A stretch of 48,144 nucleotides of DNA from Ignavibacteriales bacterium. Its GTDB lineage: Bacteria > Bacteroidota > Ignavibacteria > Ignavibacteriales > Ignavibacteriaceae. How positions within the stretch are numbered: position 1 is the stretch's first letter; each line of letters starts with the position of its first letter. Of the stretch, positions 1-9,906 are shown piece by piece. The stretch covers positions 1-48,144 of the forward strand of contig WJMR01000378.1 in assembly GCA_014727845.1 (NCBI GenBank), given 5' to 3'. Under the pieces are notes generated by a model. The model saw only the letters and a program-made list of their open reading frames with translations, was not told the origin of the DNA and made no database searches. Made by a program: the position numbers and the translations under genes.

Positions 1-1215
1 AAATGCGTTGACCTCGACGGTGTCGGCGCGGTTGTGGAAGAGCTTGACCGTCGCGAAGGCGGAGTCGCCGTAGTGGATCGCGCCGAAGTCGATTGTATCG
101 ACGTCGGTCTCGAAGTAGTTCGTCTCCCAGTCGAATTTGTACGATTTATACCGGTGCCCTCCGTTCGGGAAATCGATTTCAAGGGCGATCTCGTCGTCGG
201 GTTTCACTTCGGTTACGCCCGGAAGAGAGCTTTCGCCCCAGTCGATAAACCAATTGCCGTTGGGTAGTTCTTGAGCGGCGCCGCGCGAGGCGGTGTAAAT
301 ATCTTGTCCATGGTCGTATCGTCGGACGAGTGTGGCGGTCATCGAGTCCGTGTCGATTTCGTATTCGACGACGCTCGAGTACTGCGGAGAGGAGTAGTGA
401 CCGTTGTCGAAGATCGAGATGTTGCCGTTGGCGAGTCGGCGGACGTCGTGTTGTCTCCGAAATCGGCGTTCGTCGTTGACGAAGGTGAATTGGTTCTTCT
501 CGCCGCCGAGCCGCCAGATAATATCGCCCGTCTCGCGATGTATTTTCGTGATCTCGTTAAAATTGCGAGTCGAGAGGAGGATGTTCCCGTCGAAGTCGTG
601 CTCGACGGCGTTGCAATGGGTGAGGTCGATCGTCAAGTTGCTTAAGGAGATGTAATCGTCCACGTCGGTAATGTCGTAATGCTCGAGCGAGTTCCAGAGC
701 CAGAGAACGGAATCATTCGGCGCCGCGTGGAGTATATAGTTATAGATTACGCGCGCGTTTGTTCTACCGTTCGGGACCGTCTCGCTGAGGTCCATAACGT
801 GCGGGCGTTTTTCTATCATATAGTAGGAGCCGTCCTCGAAGCATTGCAACTCGTGGACGTCGATCGCGAGCGAGTCGGTCGTTAAGCCGTAGTTCTTCAC
901 GTATTGGAATGAGGAGTCGTAGCCGCGATAATCCACGGGATAGACGACGAAGGTGTGGTGACCGTTCGGTTGCCACTTGAAATCGTACACCGTTCCGCCG
1001 ACTTTTTCGTAATAGACGGGCGTCCCTTCGTTATCCACTATGGTTAAGCGGGTAACGCCTCCGCCGCCGAGCGCGAAGAAGATATAGCCCGGCGCCGGAT
1101 CGTTGGAAACGACGACGTCGATCTCGGGGAAGTCGTCCAAGAAGTTTGACGTCTGGGCGTGTGCCGCGGCGAACGCAAGAAGGATCGACAGAGTAAGCGT
1201 TGAACGAGAAACCAT
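1..1215 (-). CDS. arylsulfotransferase (ASST)-like beta-propeller protein, secreted; 3' end runs off the left window edge
   Basis: Absent from the supplied ORF track because it is open at the window edge. My own minus-strand translation from ATG 1215-1213 stays open to base 1 (405 codons). It starts with signal peptide MVSRSTLTLSILLAFAAAHAQ. Motifs LTHCNAVEHDFDGNILLSTRNFNEITKIHRETGDIIWRLGG and RRQHDVRRLANGNISIFDNGH match the ASST family pattern. The last ~35 aa (DFGAIHYGDSAFATVKLFHN) look like the start of an Ig-like domain. Confidence 0.6.
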   Translation of the reverse strand, partial: MVSRSTLTLSILLAFAAAHAQTSNFLDDFPEIDVVVSNDPAPGYIFFALGGGGVTRLTIVDNEGTPVYYEKVGGTVYDFKWQPNGHHTFVVYPVDYRGYDSSFQYVKNYGLTTDSLAIDVHELQCFEDGSYYMIEKRPHVMDLSETVPNGRTNARVIYNYILHAAPNDSVLWLWNSLEHYDITDVDDYISLSNLTIDLTHCNAVEHDFDGNILLSTRNFNEITKIHRETGDIIWRLGGEKNQFTFVNDERRFRRQHDVRRLANGNISIFDNGHYSSPQYSSVVEYEIDTDSMTATLVRRYDHGQDIYTASRGAAQELPNGNWFIDWGESSLPGVTEVKPDDEIALEIDFPNGGHRYKSYKFDWETNYFETDVDTIDFGAIHYGDSAFATVKLFHNRADTVEVNAF

Positions 1216-1574
1216 TATGCCTTGGGATTTGTTGTCTAATATGACGTGGAATTTACGAAGGTTCCGCAATAAACCACAGTCCGGAACAGCGTAACGATCC
1301 TTATCGGTTTGGGGGTGTGGATTTTAGCAAATAAATCCCGTAAATTAAAAGTTTATGTGTTCAAACGACGCGTTCGGTTAGTTTTTGGATGGGCGCGATC
1401 GAATGGCTTGACAGAACGGAACGCGGCGATTAATTTACCGCCCTTAAAACGGCGACATCGCCGATTGCAAACGAAAAGAAGGAGTCACGTCCGAAAATTT
1501 GCTACGTCATATCGGGAGCCGCGGAGCGACCGTCGGGTCCCGTGAATAACGGAAATCGCGAATAAAGCGAGCAT

Positions 1575-4500
1575 ATGATGTCAGGCAAATTAGCGGCGTT
1601 CTTTTCGGCGTTGGCGCCCGTTATTGCGTTCGCGCAATTGGGCGACGCGACGACGGTCGTCTCCACTCCGGAGCGACTCGTCTTCGATTACCGCCCCGCC
1701 GTCGTAATAGATTCGCTTTCCCCCGACAACGCCTCCCGACTTACGGATATCCGCGGCTGTCGCCTCGTCGAAGAGCGCGACGGAACGCTCGCTTATGTTC
1801 GATCGTTTCTTATCGGAACGCCTACCGAAACGGGCGCGACGCTCGAAGCGGTCGGTTACGATCCCGTCGAGTACGACGTCGCCTCGAATGACGAGCGCTA
1901 TGCGGACGCGTTCGAGTACGCCGACTCGCTCGACCTCGGCGGCGACGGCGTCCCGGGCGAATTAGTCTCGTTCGGCGCCTATCGCGAAGCGCGCGGCGCG
2001 GGCGTGCAGACGATCGTCGTCCGACCCGTCTTGCGAGTCTCGAGCGGACGAGCGCGCGTCTATTCACGAGTGCGCGTGAGCGTCACGTTCCCCGACGCCC
2101 CGACGAACGTTCGTCCGAACGAGGATCCGCTTATCGACGGCGTCGTACTAAACGCCGACGTCGCCAAACGGTGGCGACGCTCTTCGGCTACATCGAAACC
2201 CGCGCGCGTATCGAGCGTGTTGGCGAGCGGGACGTGGTACCGATTCGAGGCGCCGGAGACGGGGATGTATAAAATCGAACGCGACGAACTCTCGCGTTTC
2301 GGAATCGACCCGACGACCGTCGATCCGAGAACTATTAAGATCTACAACAACGGCGGCAAGGAGTTGCCCGAAGATATCGACGCCGAACGTCCCTTCGACC
2401 TCGTGGAATGCGCCGTGCAAGTGAGCGGCGAAGAGGACGGCTCCTTCGACGAGGGCGACTATGTTCTCTTCTTCGGACGCGGAGCCGTGCACTACGACTA
2501 TAACGAAACCTACAACGTAGTCGGACGATTCATTAACGACTTCTCGAACCGCAACTATTACTGGATAACCTCGGGCGGCGCGCTCGGCAAACGGATGCAA
2601 GACGTCCCCTCGATGAACGATCCCGCGGCCCTACCGAGAACCACCACCAAGGCGTACGATTACGTGGACGAGGACAAGATCAACCTCGGCAACTCGGGGC
2701 GCTTGTTCCTCGGCGACGAGTTCTCTTCCGTGCAACCGTCGCGGACCTACGAGACCGTCCTTGAGCGCCCCGTTCCGGGCGACACGACGACGTATCGATT
2801 CCATCTGGTTAACGCCACCACCGAGCCGGTCGATTACCGGGTTACGGAAAATGGAACGACGATTCGAGACGATGTGATAGGGGGCTTCAATCCCGATAAT
2901 TATTTGTGGGGGACCGCCGAGGAGTTCTGGACCGAATATACCGGAGCGTTTCCGAACGACGTCAGCCGAATCGAGATCGCCGTCTCGGGCGCCGAGTCGT
3001 TCTTCGTGTATTTGGATTTCATCCATATAATTTACCGTCGGTTGCTCGACGCCTTGGACGACGAGATTGTCTTTTTCTCGCGGCAAACCGAGGGGGGAGC
3101 GATCGCGGAATACCGACTGTCGGGGTTCTCGCACGACGACATCCGCGTTTTCGACGTTTCGGACTATAGCGACGTCGCGGCGATTGTCTCGCCGATAAAA
3201 CGCGCCGACGGGGAGTTTCGATTCCAAGCGCTCGAGCGCGATTCGACCATCCGCCAATACGCGGCTTGCACGCCCGAGCGATTTAAGACCCCGATCAATC
3301 CGGAACCCGTCGCGAACCAAGACCTGAAGGGTACGCTCGCCGAGTCGCGATTTATTATCGTAACGCATCCCTACTTCCGAACGGAAGCCGAGCGTTTGGC
3401 GACGCATAAGGAATCCTTGCCCGCTCCGATCTCGAGCGTCGTCGTGGACGTGGACGAAATCTACAACGAGTTTTCCTGCGGGTCGGTCGATCCGAGCGCG
3501 ATCCGCTACTTCCTTAAGTATTGTTACGACTTGTGGACGGTCAAGCCCGAGTACGTTCTCCTCTTCGGCGACGCGACGTTCGACTATCGCGACATGTACG
3601 GCAAGGGGCTGAATTTTGTGCCCACCTACGAAACGGTTTATTCGCTTGGCGAGATCAACTCGTATCCGACGGACGACTACTTCGTCGATCTCGAAGGAAC
3701 CAAATGGACCGCCGATATGGCGATCGGCAGGGCGCCCGTTCGTTCGCTTTCGGACGCTCGGGCGTTCGTCGATAAGGCGATCCTCTACGAGACCGCCTCT
3801 CCTCGCGACTCGTGGCGCAATCGAGCGGCGCTCGTCGCCGACGACCAGATCGCCGAAGGGAAGCGCGAATCGATCCTCCATAGCCACCAGTCCGAAAGCT
3901 TGGAGGAGGGGTATCTCCCCTCGCGGATGGAGGTGCGGAAAATTTACTTAGCCGCCTACCCGACCGCGGTTACGGGCGCCGGGTTGCGGAAACCCGCCGC
4001 CAATCGAGCCATCATCGACGCGATGAACGAAGGGGCGGTCGTCTTGAACTTCTACGGTCACGGCAACAGCGAGTTATGGACGCACGAGCAGGTGTACGTT
4101 TCCTCGTCGAGTCTGGGCAGGAACGTCACCGATCGTTTCTTCTTTCTCACCGCCGCCACATGCGGCTTCGGCGACTTCGATAAACTCGAGGGCCAAAGCG
4201 GCGCGGAGCAAATGGCGCTGAAATCCGACGGCGGCAGCATCGGCTCGATAACCGCCTCGCGCCCGGTTTTCCCGGGTGAGAACCAGCGATTAAACGAGAG
4301 ATTTTACGGCGGATTGTTCCAATCGGGTCGGGACACGCTCAACCTGCCCTATCCCGCGGGTCGCGCCTACTATCAAACCAAGCTCGCGGAAACGAGCGAG
4401 AACTCGCTGAAGTTTTCCCTCCTCGGCGATCCGACCGTGCGCTTGGCGTTCCCTCAATACGAGGCGACGATCGACTCGATTAACGGCGCGCTCTCGGGAA

Positions 4501-5522
4501 CGACGGCGACGATGCGCGCCCTCGGAACGATGCGAATCGAGGGAACCGTGCGCAAATCCGACGGCTCGAAGTGGAGCGAATTCTCGGGCGAGGGACGACT
4601 CTCGGTTTTCGATTCGGACTACGAAACGCCGCTACCCGAGGTAAGCTCGACGTTTGCGATGAACACGCAGGGCGGCGCGATCTTCAACGGCAGAGTCTCG
4701 ATTACCGACGGCGAGTTCTCGGCCTCGTTCGTCGCGCCGAAAGATCTTTCGCAATCGGGCGAGAAGGGGAAAGTCGTTTTCTATTTTGCGGACGACGACG
4801 TTGACGGATTGGGATACTCCGACGAGGTGATCGTTTCGGGCGTGAACGCTTCGGCGATCGACGACGGCGAGGGACCCGAGATCGAGATAACGTTCGACGA
4901 TCCCGCTTTCGACGGCGCTCGACTCGCCAACCGCGACGCGACGCTGGTGGCGACGATCTCCGACGAGACGGGAGTGAACACTTCGACGGCGGGCGTCGGA
5001 CACTTGATGAAGGCGGTGATCGACGGCGACGAGGCGAACCCGATTCCGCTCGGCGACCGCTTTATCGGCGACCTCGACGCGGGCGGGAAATCCGGCGTCG
5101 TCGAGTATCCGCTCGTCGATCTCGAACCCGGACGCCACAGCGTGCGCGTGGACGCTTACGACGTTTTCAATAACCTCTCCTCGCGCGAGCTCGAGTTCGA
5201 GGTCGTGGAGACGGGCGAGCTTACGCTGAAAAACGTGATGAACTATCCGAACCCGACCGCGGGCGCGACCGTCTTTACGTTTCAACACAACTACTCGAGT
5301 CCGCTCGACGTCACCGTCTCGATCTTCACGGTGGCCGGGCGCAAGATCCGCGAGCTAACCGCGTCCGCTCTCTTCGATCGATTCGCGAGGATCCGATGGG
5401 ACGGAAGAGATGATAACGGCGACCCGCTCGCCAACGGCGTCTATCTATATAAGATAACCGCGAAGACGATCGACGGCGAGGAGTCCGAAAGCGTTTTGGG
5501 CAAGCTCGCGATCGCGCGGTGA
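1575..5522 (+). CDS. porU: T9SS C-terminal signal peptidase/sortase PorU (peptidase C25, gingipain-like) with retained C-terminal sorting domain
   Basis: 1315-aa ORF with N-terminal signal peptide (AAFFSALAPVIAFAQ). C25-type His and Cys contexts are NFYGHGNSELW and FFLTAATCGFGDFD. The C-terminal T9SS/FlgD-Ig-like domain reads NYPNPTAGATVFTF...DGRDDNGDPLANGVYLYKITAKT. It sits directly upstream of a PorV homologue, the conserved porU-porV arrangement. Confidence 0.8.
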   Translation: MMSGKLAAFFSALAPVIAFAQLGDATTVVSTPERLVFDYRPAVVIDSLSPDNASRLTDIRGCRLVEERDGTLAYVRSFLIGTPTETGATLEAVGYDPVEYDVASNDERYADAFEYADSLDLGGDGVPGELVSFGAYREARGAGVQTIVVRPVLRVSSGRARVYSRVRVSVTFPDAPTNVRPNEDPLIDGVVLNADVAKRWRRSSATSKPARVSSVLASGTWYRFEAPETGMYKIERDELSRFGIDPTTVDPRTIKIYNNGGKELPEDIDAERPFDLVECAVQVSGEEDGSFDEGDYVLFFGRGAVHYDYNETYNVVGRFINDFSNRNYYWITSGGALGKRMQDVPSMNDPAALPRTTTKAYDYVDEDKINLGNSGRLFLGDEFSSVQPSRTYETVLERPVPGDTTTYRFHLVNATTEPVDYRVTENGTTIRDDVIGGFNPDNYLWGTAEEFWTEYTGAFPNDVSRIEIAVSGAESFFVYLDFIHIIYRRLLDALDDEIVFFSRQTEGGAIAEYRLSGFSHDDIRVFDVSDYSDVAAIVSPIKRADGEFRFQALERDSTIRQYAACTPERFKTPINPEPVANQDLKGTLAESRFIIVTHPYFRTEAERLATHKESLPAPISSVVVDVDEIYNEFSCGSVDPSAIRYFLKYCYDLWTVKPEYVLLFGDATFDYRDMYGKGLNFVPTYETVYSLGEINSYPTDDYFVDLEGTKWTADMAIGRAPVRSLSDARAFVDKAILYETASPRDSWRNRAALVADDQIAEGKRESILHSHQSESLEEGYLPSRMEVRKIYLAAYPTAVTGAGLRKPAANRAIIDAMNEGAVVLNFYGHGNSELWTHEQVYVSSSSLGRNVTDRFFFLTAATCGFGDFDKLEGQSGAEQMALKSDGGSIGSITASRPVFPGENQRLNERFYGGLFQSGRDTLNLPYPAGRAYYQTKLAETSENSLKFSLLGDPTVRLAFPQYEATIDSINGALSGTTATMRALGTMRIEGTVRKSDGSKWSEFSGEGRLSVFDSDYETPLPEVSSTFAMNTQGGAIFNGRVSITDGEFSASFVAPKDLSQSGEKGKVVFYFADDDVDGLGYSDEVIVSGVNASAIDDGEGPEIEITFDDPAFDGARLANRDATLVATISDETGVNTSTAGVGHLMKAVIDGDEANPIPLGDRFIGDLDAGGKSGVVEYPLVDLEPGRHSVRVDAYDVFNNLSSRELEFEVVETGELTLKNVMNYPNPTAGATVFTFQHNYSSPLDVTVSIFTVAGRKIRELTASALFDRFARIRWDGRDDNGDPLANGVYLYKITAKTIDGEESESVLGKLAIAR

Positions 5523-5586
5523 CGTCCGAACGATCCAAACGGTTTTACGATAACAAAAGGAAACCAACTATATTAGAGGAATGAAT

Positions 5587-6780
5587 ATGAGAATCTTCAA
5601 ATTAGGCGTTCTGGCGACGCTCGTCGCGCTCTCGTTTTTTGGAACCGCTCGCGCGCAAGGCGAAGCCGCCGTTCCGTTTTTATTGATCGCGCCCGATAGC
5701 CGCGCCGGCGGTATGGGCGAGACGGGTACGGGATTGGCGGACAACTCCTCCGCCGTGTTCTGGAACCCCGCGGGCGCCGCGTTCTTGACGGGACAAGAGC
5801 TGAGCTTCACGCATAGCAACTGGTTGCCGCAATTCAACCTCGACCTCTTCTACGACTACGCGACGTATCGCGCCTACTTCGAGGAGCTCGACGGAAACAT
5901 TATGGCGAACGTCACCTATATGAACTACGGCGAGTTCCAACGAACGCTCGAAACGGGACCCGAACCCGTCGCCACGTTCCGCTCCTACGATATGGCGGTC
6001 ACGGCGGGCTACGCGACCAAGCTGAGCGAGGACTGGGGCGTCGGCACGAACTTCCGGCTCATCCACTCTCGCCTCGCCGACGAACCGACGGGCGAGGAGC
6101 AGGGGAGCGGCGTCGCCACCTCCGTCGCCTTCGACCTTGCCGCGATGTGGCGACCCGATTCGCTCGTCCTGCCGCTTATCGGCGACGTGAGCAATCGGCT
6201 GAGCGTTGGAGCGAACCTGAGCAACCTCGGTCCCAAGATATTCTACATCGATCAGGATCAAGCCGATCCGATCCCGACGAACTTCCGACTCGGCTTCGCC
6301 GCGCAGGTCTTCGCGGACGACTTCAACAGTCTCACGCTCACGCTCGATTTCTCGAAACTCCTCGTCAGTCGCGAGCCGGCGGTCATCGACTCGGTGACCA
6401 ACGAGACGATCGAGGACGGCTCGGTCGCGCCGTTCTACGAGGCGATCTTCACCGCGTGGGCGGACGATCCGCTCGATCAAGAATTGGCCGACGTCGTCTC
6501 CACCGTCGGTATGGAGTATTGGTACGGCGAGCCGGGCGACTTCCTTTTCTCGCTGCGGTCGGGCTTCTTCTACGAAGACCCCAATCACGGCGGTCGGAAA
6601 TTCATCACCCTCGGCGGCGGCATTCGCTACGACCTCTACGGCGTGGACTTCAGCTACATCTCGACCGCGCCGTTTAAGGACGCCGAGAATCATCCGCTTA
6701 ATGAAACGTTGCGCTTCACCATCCTTGTCGGATGGGGCGGCGTCATCGAAGGACTCAACGGTTTCCCGCGCGGAATGTAA
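5587..6780 (+). CDS. porV: T9SS outer-membrane shuttle/channel protein PorV (LptO family beta-barrel)
   Basis: Signal peptide MRIFKLGVLATLVALSFFGTARAQ. N-terminal PorV/PorQ signature FLLIAPDSRAGGMGETGTGLADNSSAVFWNPAG. About 395 aa with an alternating beta-barrel pattern. The AGAGGA RBS ends 6 nt before ATG 5587; the in-frame ATG 5581 abuts the RBS and is less likely. Confidence 0.85.
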   Translation: MRIFKLGVLATLVALSFFGTARAQGEAAVPFLLIAPDSRAGGMGETGTGLADNSSAVFWNPAGAAFLTGQELSFTHSNWLPQFNLDLFYDYATYRAYFEELDGNIMANVTYMNYGEFQRTLETGPEPVATFRSYDMAVTAGYATKLSEDWGVGTNFRLIHSRLADEPTGEEQGSGVATSVAFDLAAMWRPDSLVLPLIGDVSNRLSVGANLSNLGPKIFYIDQDQADPIPTNFRLGFAAQVFADDFNSLTLTLDFSKLLVSREPAVIDSVTNETIEDGSVAPFYEAIFTAWADDPLDQELADVVSTVGMEYWYGEPGDFLFSLRSGFFYEDPNHGGRKFITLGGGIRYDLYGVDFSYISTAPFKDAENHPLNETLRFTILVGWGGVIEGLNGFPRGM

Positions 6781-6807
6781 CCGAGGGAATCCGCGTAAGG
6801 AGACGCA

Positions 6808-9800
6808 ATGAAGATTTGTATATCGACGCTCGCGGCGACGGCGCTTGTCGCGAGCGTCGCGTTCTCGCAAACGCCGACGGCGAACGCCGACGCCGAACGA
6901 CCGGCGACGCCCAAGCCGACCGGGAACTTCATCTCGCAAACGGTCCGAGGCGCCGCGCCCGATACGTTGCGGATTTTCGCCGCGATGGTCGAGTTCCAAA
7001 CCGACGACGACCGTTCGACCGTCGGCGACGGGACTTTCGGCTCAATTTATTCAGAGGACTACGGCGACGAGATCCTCGATCCGCTTCCGCACGACCGCGA
7101 ATACTTCGAGACGAAGCTGGAGTTCGCCAAGCGATATATCGAGCGCGTCTCGGGCGGAAAGACGATCGTCGAGTATTACGTCGCGCCCAACGTCGCGACC
7201 GTCTCCGAACGGATGCGCGAGTACGCGCCGCCGATCGCCACGAACGATTTCGCTCCGCTCGCCGACTTCGTTGCCGAGTCGTGGACGGTCGTCGATCAAG
7301 CGAACCCCGACGCCGACTTCGCGAGCTACGATCTTTTCGCGATCTTTCATGCGGGCGTCTCCCGAAGCGTCACGTTGCCCGGCTCGCTCGGCAACGAGCG
7401 CGATCTCCCCTCCATCTATTTCTCGTTGGAAAAACTTCGCGAATATTTTGGCGAATCCTACGCGGGCGTGGAAGTGAAAGGCGGCGCCTTCGCGATCCCC
7501 AACACCGCCGTGCTTCCGCAAACGGAAAACCGCGAGCTGGAGAGCTTCGGCGAGAAGTACCTCTTTGAATTGACGACGAACGGATTGATCGTCTCGACGA
7601 TTTGCAGCCACTTCGGATTGCCCGATCTCTTCGACGTCAACACCGGGTTGAGCGCCATCGGCAGGATGGGGCTGATGGACGGTCAGGGCATCTTCGCCTA
7701 TCTCGGCGCATTACCGCCCGCGCCCTCCGCGTGGGAGCGCGTCTTCCTCGGATGGGAGGAGCCGACCGTCGTATCGCCCTTGAGCGGCAAGGTCGAGCTG
7801 GAGGTGGCGGCGCGTCGGGCCGCCGCGGACGGCGACGAGACGGTGTACAAGATTCCGATCAACGAGACCGAGTACTATTTGCTAGAGAACCGACGACGGG
7901 ACGTCAACCAAGACGGCGCGCGCGTGCTCGTCCGAAACGGCGACCGAGAGTATTGGAAAACGTTCGCCGAGGACGAGGACGGCTTTCGCTCCTACGACAT
8001 CGACTCGCTCGAGGGCGTGATCCTCGACGTGGACGAGTTCGATTGGGCGTTACCCGGCGAGGGGATTCTCATCTGGCACATCGACGAGGAGACGATCTCC
8101 GCGACGCTCGACGCCAACGAGGTGAACGCCGATAAGTACCGGCGCGGCGTTGACGTGGAGGAAGCCGACGGAGTGCAGGATATCGGCGAGGAATTTACGA
8201 CCATCTTCGGCGACGTGGTCGTCGGCGAGGGATACTATTGGGATTTCTGGTACGCCGACAACGACGCGCCGCTCTATGAGAATAGGTTCGACGCCGACTC
8301 GCGTCCGAACACCAACGACAACGACGACGCGCGAAGCTTGCTCTCGTTCACGAACTTCTCGGCGATCGGGGATCATATGACGGTCGAGCTCGAATTCGGC
8401 GACGAAGAGATCGCGCCCGTCGCCTCCACGCGATTGGCGAGTGATTTCGAAGGCGAGACGTTCTTCTCGGCGACGGGATCCGCCGACGACGCGCGATTCG
8501 TCGGCGTCGTTAAAAAGAATCTCTACTCGCTTCGTCGCGACGGCACGGTCGCGTTTAGCAAAACGGGCTTCTCGGAACAAACGCTCGCCGCGTTCGAGAG
8601 CGACGCGATCGACTACTACGTCGGCTCCTTTCCGAATCGCGTCAACGTCTTTCGGCACGGCGTCGTCGCGGACGTCGATCGACTCTTGCTCGAGGATCTC
8701 GTTCCCGACGGCTCGAACGACGAAATCCTCACCGCTCCCGTCGTGGCGGCGGGAGAGACGACGCCGGTCGCGTATCTCGGTTTGGCGAGCGGTCGCGTCG
8801 TCGCGATCAAGCTCGGCGACGTTTCGCGCGCGCCCGCGACGGACACGCTTTACGACCTATCCCATCGCGGCAAGCCCGCGCAATTGCTTATCGCCGACGG
8901 CGAGCTCGTCGCGGCGATACAAAGCGACGGCGGTTATTATCTCGCCGCGTTCGACGGACGCGAGACGTTCGCCGACGGCGAGATAATTCGCGCGGCGGCG
9001 ACGAAAACGAGCGCGGGGGAGACGGCGATCGTCGCTTTGGTTGACGGAAATCGTTTCGACGTATGGACCCTCGCGGCGGACGGCTTCGCGGCGTTCTCGG
9101 AGTTCGACGCGCGAGGCGAAAACGTCGAGCGCTTCTCGATTGCGGATTTGCGAAACGACGGCGAGAACTACGTCGTCGCGCCCGTCGGAGGCGCCGTTCA
9201 CGCCTTCACGTTGGCCGGCGCGGAGGCGGAGGGTTTTCCCTTCGAGGACGAGCGATCGGTCGGGTTCTCGGCGCAAATCGCCTCGGCTGATTTCACGGGC
9301 GACGGCGCGAGCGAGTTGATCGCCGCGACGATCGACGGTCGCGTCTTCGCGATCAACTCGAGTGGACGCGTCGCTCGCGGTTTCCCGATCTCGATCGGCG
9401 AGCCGACGGGGGGCGCGCTTGCCGCGATATCTTCCGCAGACTCGACGCTCCTCATCGGCGCGAGCCGGCTTGGCTCGGCGCGCGTATGGAAAATCTCCGA
9501 TCGGTCCGCCGTGCTTGATTGGAACGGCGAATACGGCGACGCGGCGAATGGATCTTTCACCGCGGCGGCCGGCGCCTCGCGCTACGAGACGGCGTTCTTT
9601 CCCGAGGCGAAGGCGTACAACTATCCGAACCCCGTGTATGGCGACCAAACGTATATCCGCTACTATGTCGCCAAGGACGCGGACGTGACCGTGCGCGTGT
9701 TCGACCTCGCGGGCGACTATGTCGCCGAGCTGAGCGGACGCGGAATCGGCGGCGTCGAGAACGAAATTGTTTGGCGGATCGGCGACGTCGAGAGCGGCGT

Positions 9801-9879
9801 CTATCTCGCCGCGTTGGAAGTTCGCGCCGACGACGGAACGACCGCGTCGAAAATCATCAAGATTGCCATCGTAAAATAA
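6808..9879 (+). CDS. secreted M6 (immune inhibitor A)-like domain protein lacking the HExxH motif, with FG-GAP/BamB-like beta-propeller repeats and a T9SS C-terminal sorting domain
   Basis: Strong RBS TAAGGAGA 5 nt before the ATG; signal peptide MKICISTLAATALVASVAFSQ. M6-like blocks are LRIFAAMVEFQTDDD, SHFGLPDLFD, ILIWHIDEE and GVDVEEADGVQD. No HExxH occurs anywhere in the 1023 aa. Propeller-like repeats include ADFTGDGASELIAATIDGRVFAINSSG. The CTD reads YNYPNPVYGDQTYIRYYV...GVYLAALEVRADDG...IKIAIVK. Confidence 0.6.
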   Translation: MKICISTLAATALVASVAFSQTPTANADAERPATPKPTGNFISQTVRGAAPDTLRIFAAMVEFQTDDDRSTVGDGTFGSIYSEDYGDEILDPLPHDREYFETKLEFAKRYIERVSGGKTIVEYYVAPNVATVSERMREYAPPIATNDFAPLADFVAESWTVVDQANPDADFASYDLFAIFHAGVSRSVTLPGSLGNERDLPSIYFSLEKLREYFGESYAGVEVKGGAFAIPNTAVLPQTENRELESFGEKYLFELTTNGLIVSTICSHFGLPDLFDVNTGLSAIGRMGLMDGQGIFAYLGALPPAPSAWERVFLGWEEPTVVSPLSGKVELEVAARRAAADGDETVYKIPINETEYYLLENRRRDVNQDGARVLVRNGDREYWKTFAEDEDGFRSYDIDSLEGVILDVDEFDWALPGEGILIWHIDEETISATLDANEVNADKYRRGVDVEEADGVQDIGEEFTTIFGDVVVGEGYYWDFWYADNDAPLYENRFDADSRPNTNDNDDARSLLSFTNFSAIGDHMTVELEFGDEEIAPVASTRLASDFEGETFFSATGSADDARFVGVVKKNLYSLRRDGTVAFSKTGFSEQTLAAFESDAIDYYVGSFPNRVNVFRHGVVADVDRLLLEDLVPDGSNDEILTAPVVAAGETTPVAYLGLASGRVVAIKLGDVSRAPATDTLYDLSHRGKPAQLLIADGELVAAIQSDGGYYLAAFDGRETFADGEIIRAAATKTSAGETAIVALVDGNRFDVWTLAADGFAAFSEFDARGENVERFSIADLRNDGENYVVAPVGGAVHAFTLAGAEAEGFPFEDERSVGFSAQIASADFTGDGASELIAATIDGRVFAINSSGRVARGFPISIGEPTGGALAAISSADSTLLIGASRLGSARVWKISDRSAVLDWNGEYGDAANGSFTAAAGASRYETAFFPEAKAYNYPNPVYGDQTYIRYYVAKDADVTVRVFDLAGDYVAELSGRGIGGVENEIVWRIGDVESGVYLAALEVRADDGTTASKIIKIAIVK

Positions 9880-9906
9880 GGGCGGCGCGCCGCCCGCGGT
9901 AGGACT

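Noticed and set aside
1309-1545. 78-aa ORF (and 1103-1294) in the divergent region between the ASST-like gene and porU.
   Set aside because: It is a highly basic, low-complexity translation with no RBS, and it lies in an AT-richer promoter-like intergenic region. It is most likely non-coding.
5680-6999. Long alternative-frame or antisense ORFs throughout the window. Examples: 5680-6999 (-, 439 aa), 2631-3887 (-), 8857-10344 (-), 13034-13933 (-), 29657-31141 (-), 33003-33860 (-), 41324-42274 (-), 42954-43931 (-).
   Set aside because: Their translations are Arg/Pro/Gly/Asp-rich, low-complexity and motif-free. Each is fully embedded opposite or out of frame with an ORF that has clear family signatures. 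This is the expected artefact of ~60% G+C DNA, where stop codons are rare in non-coding frames.
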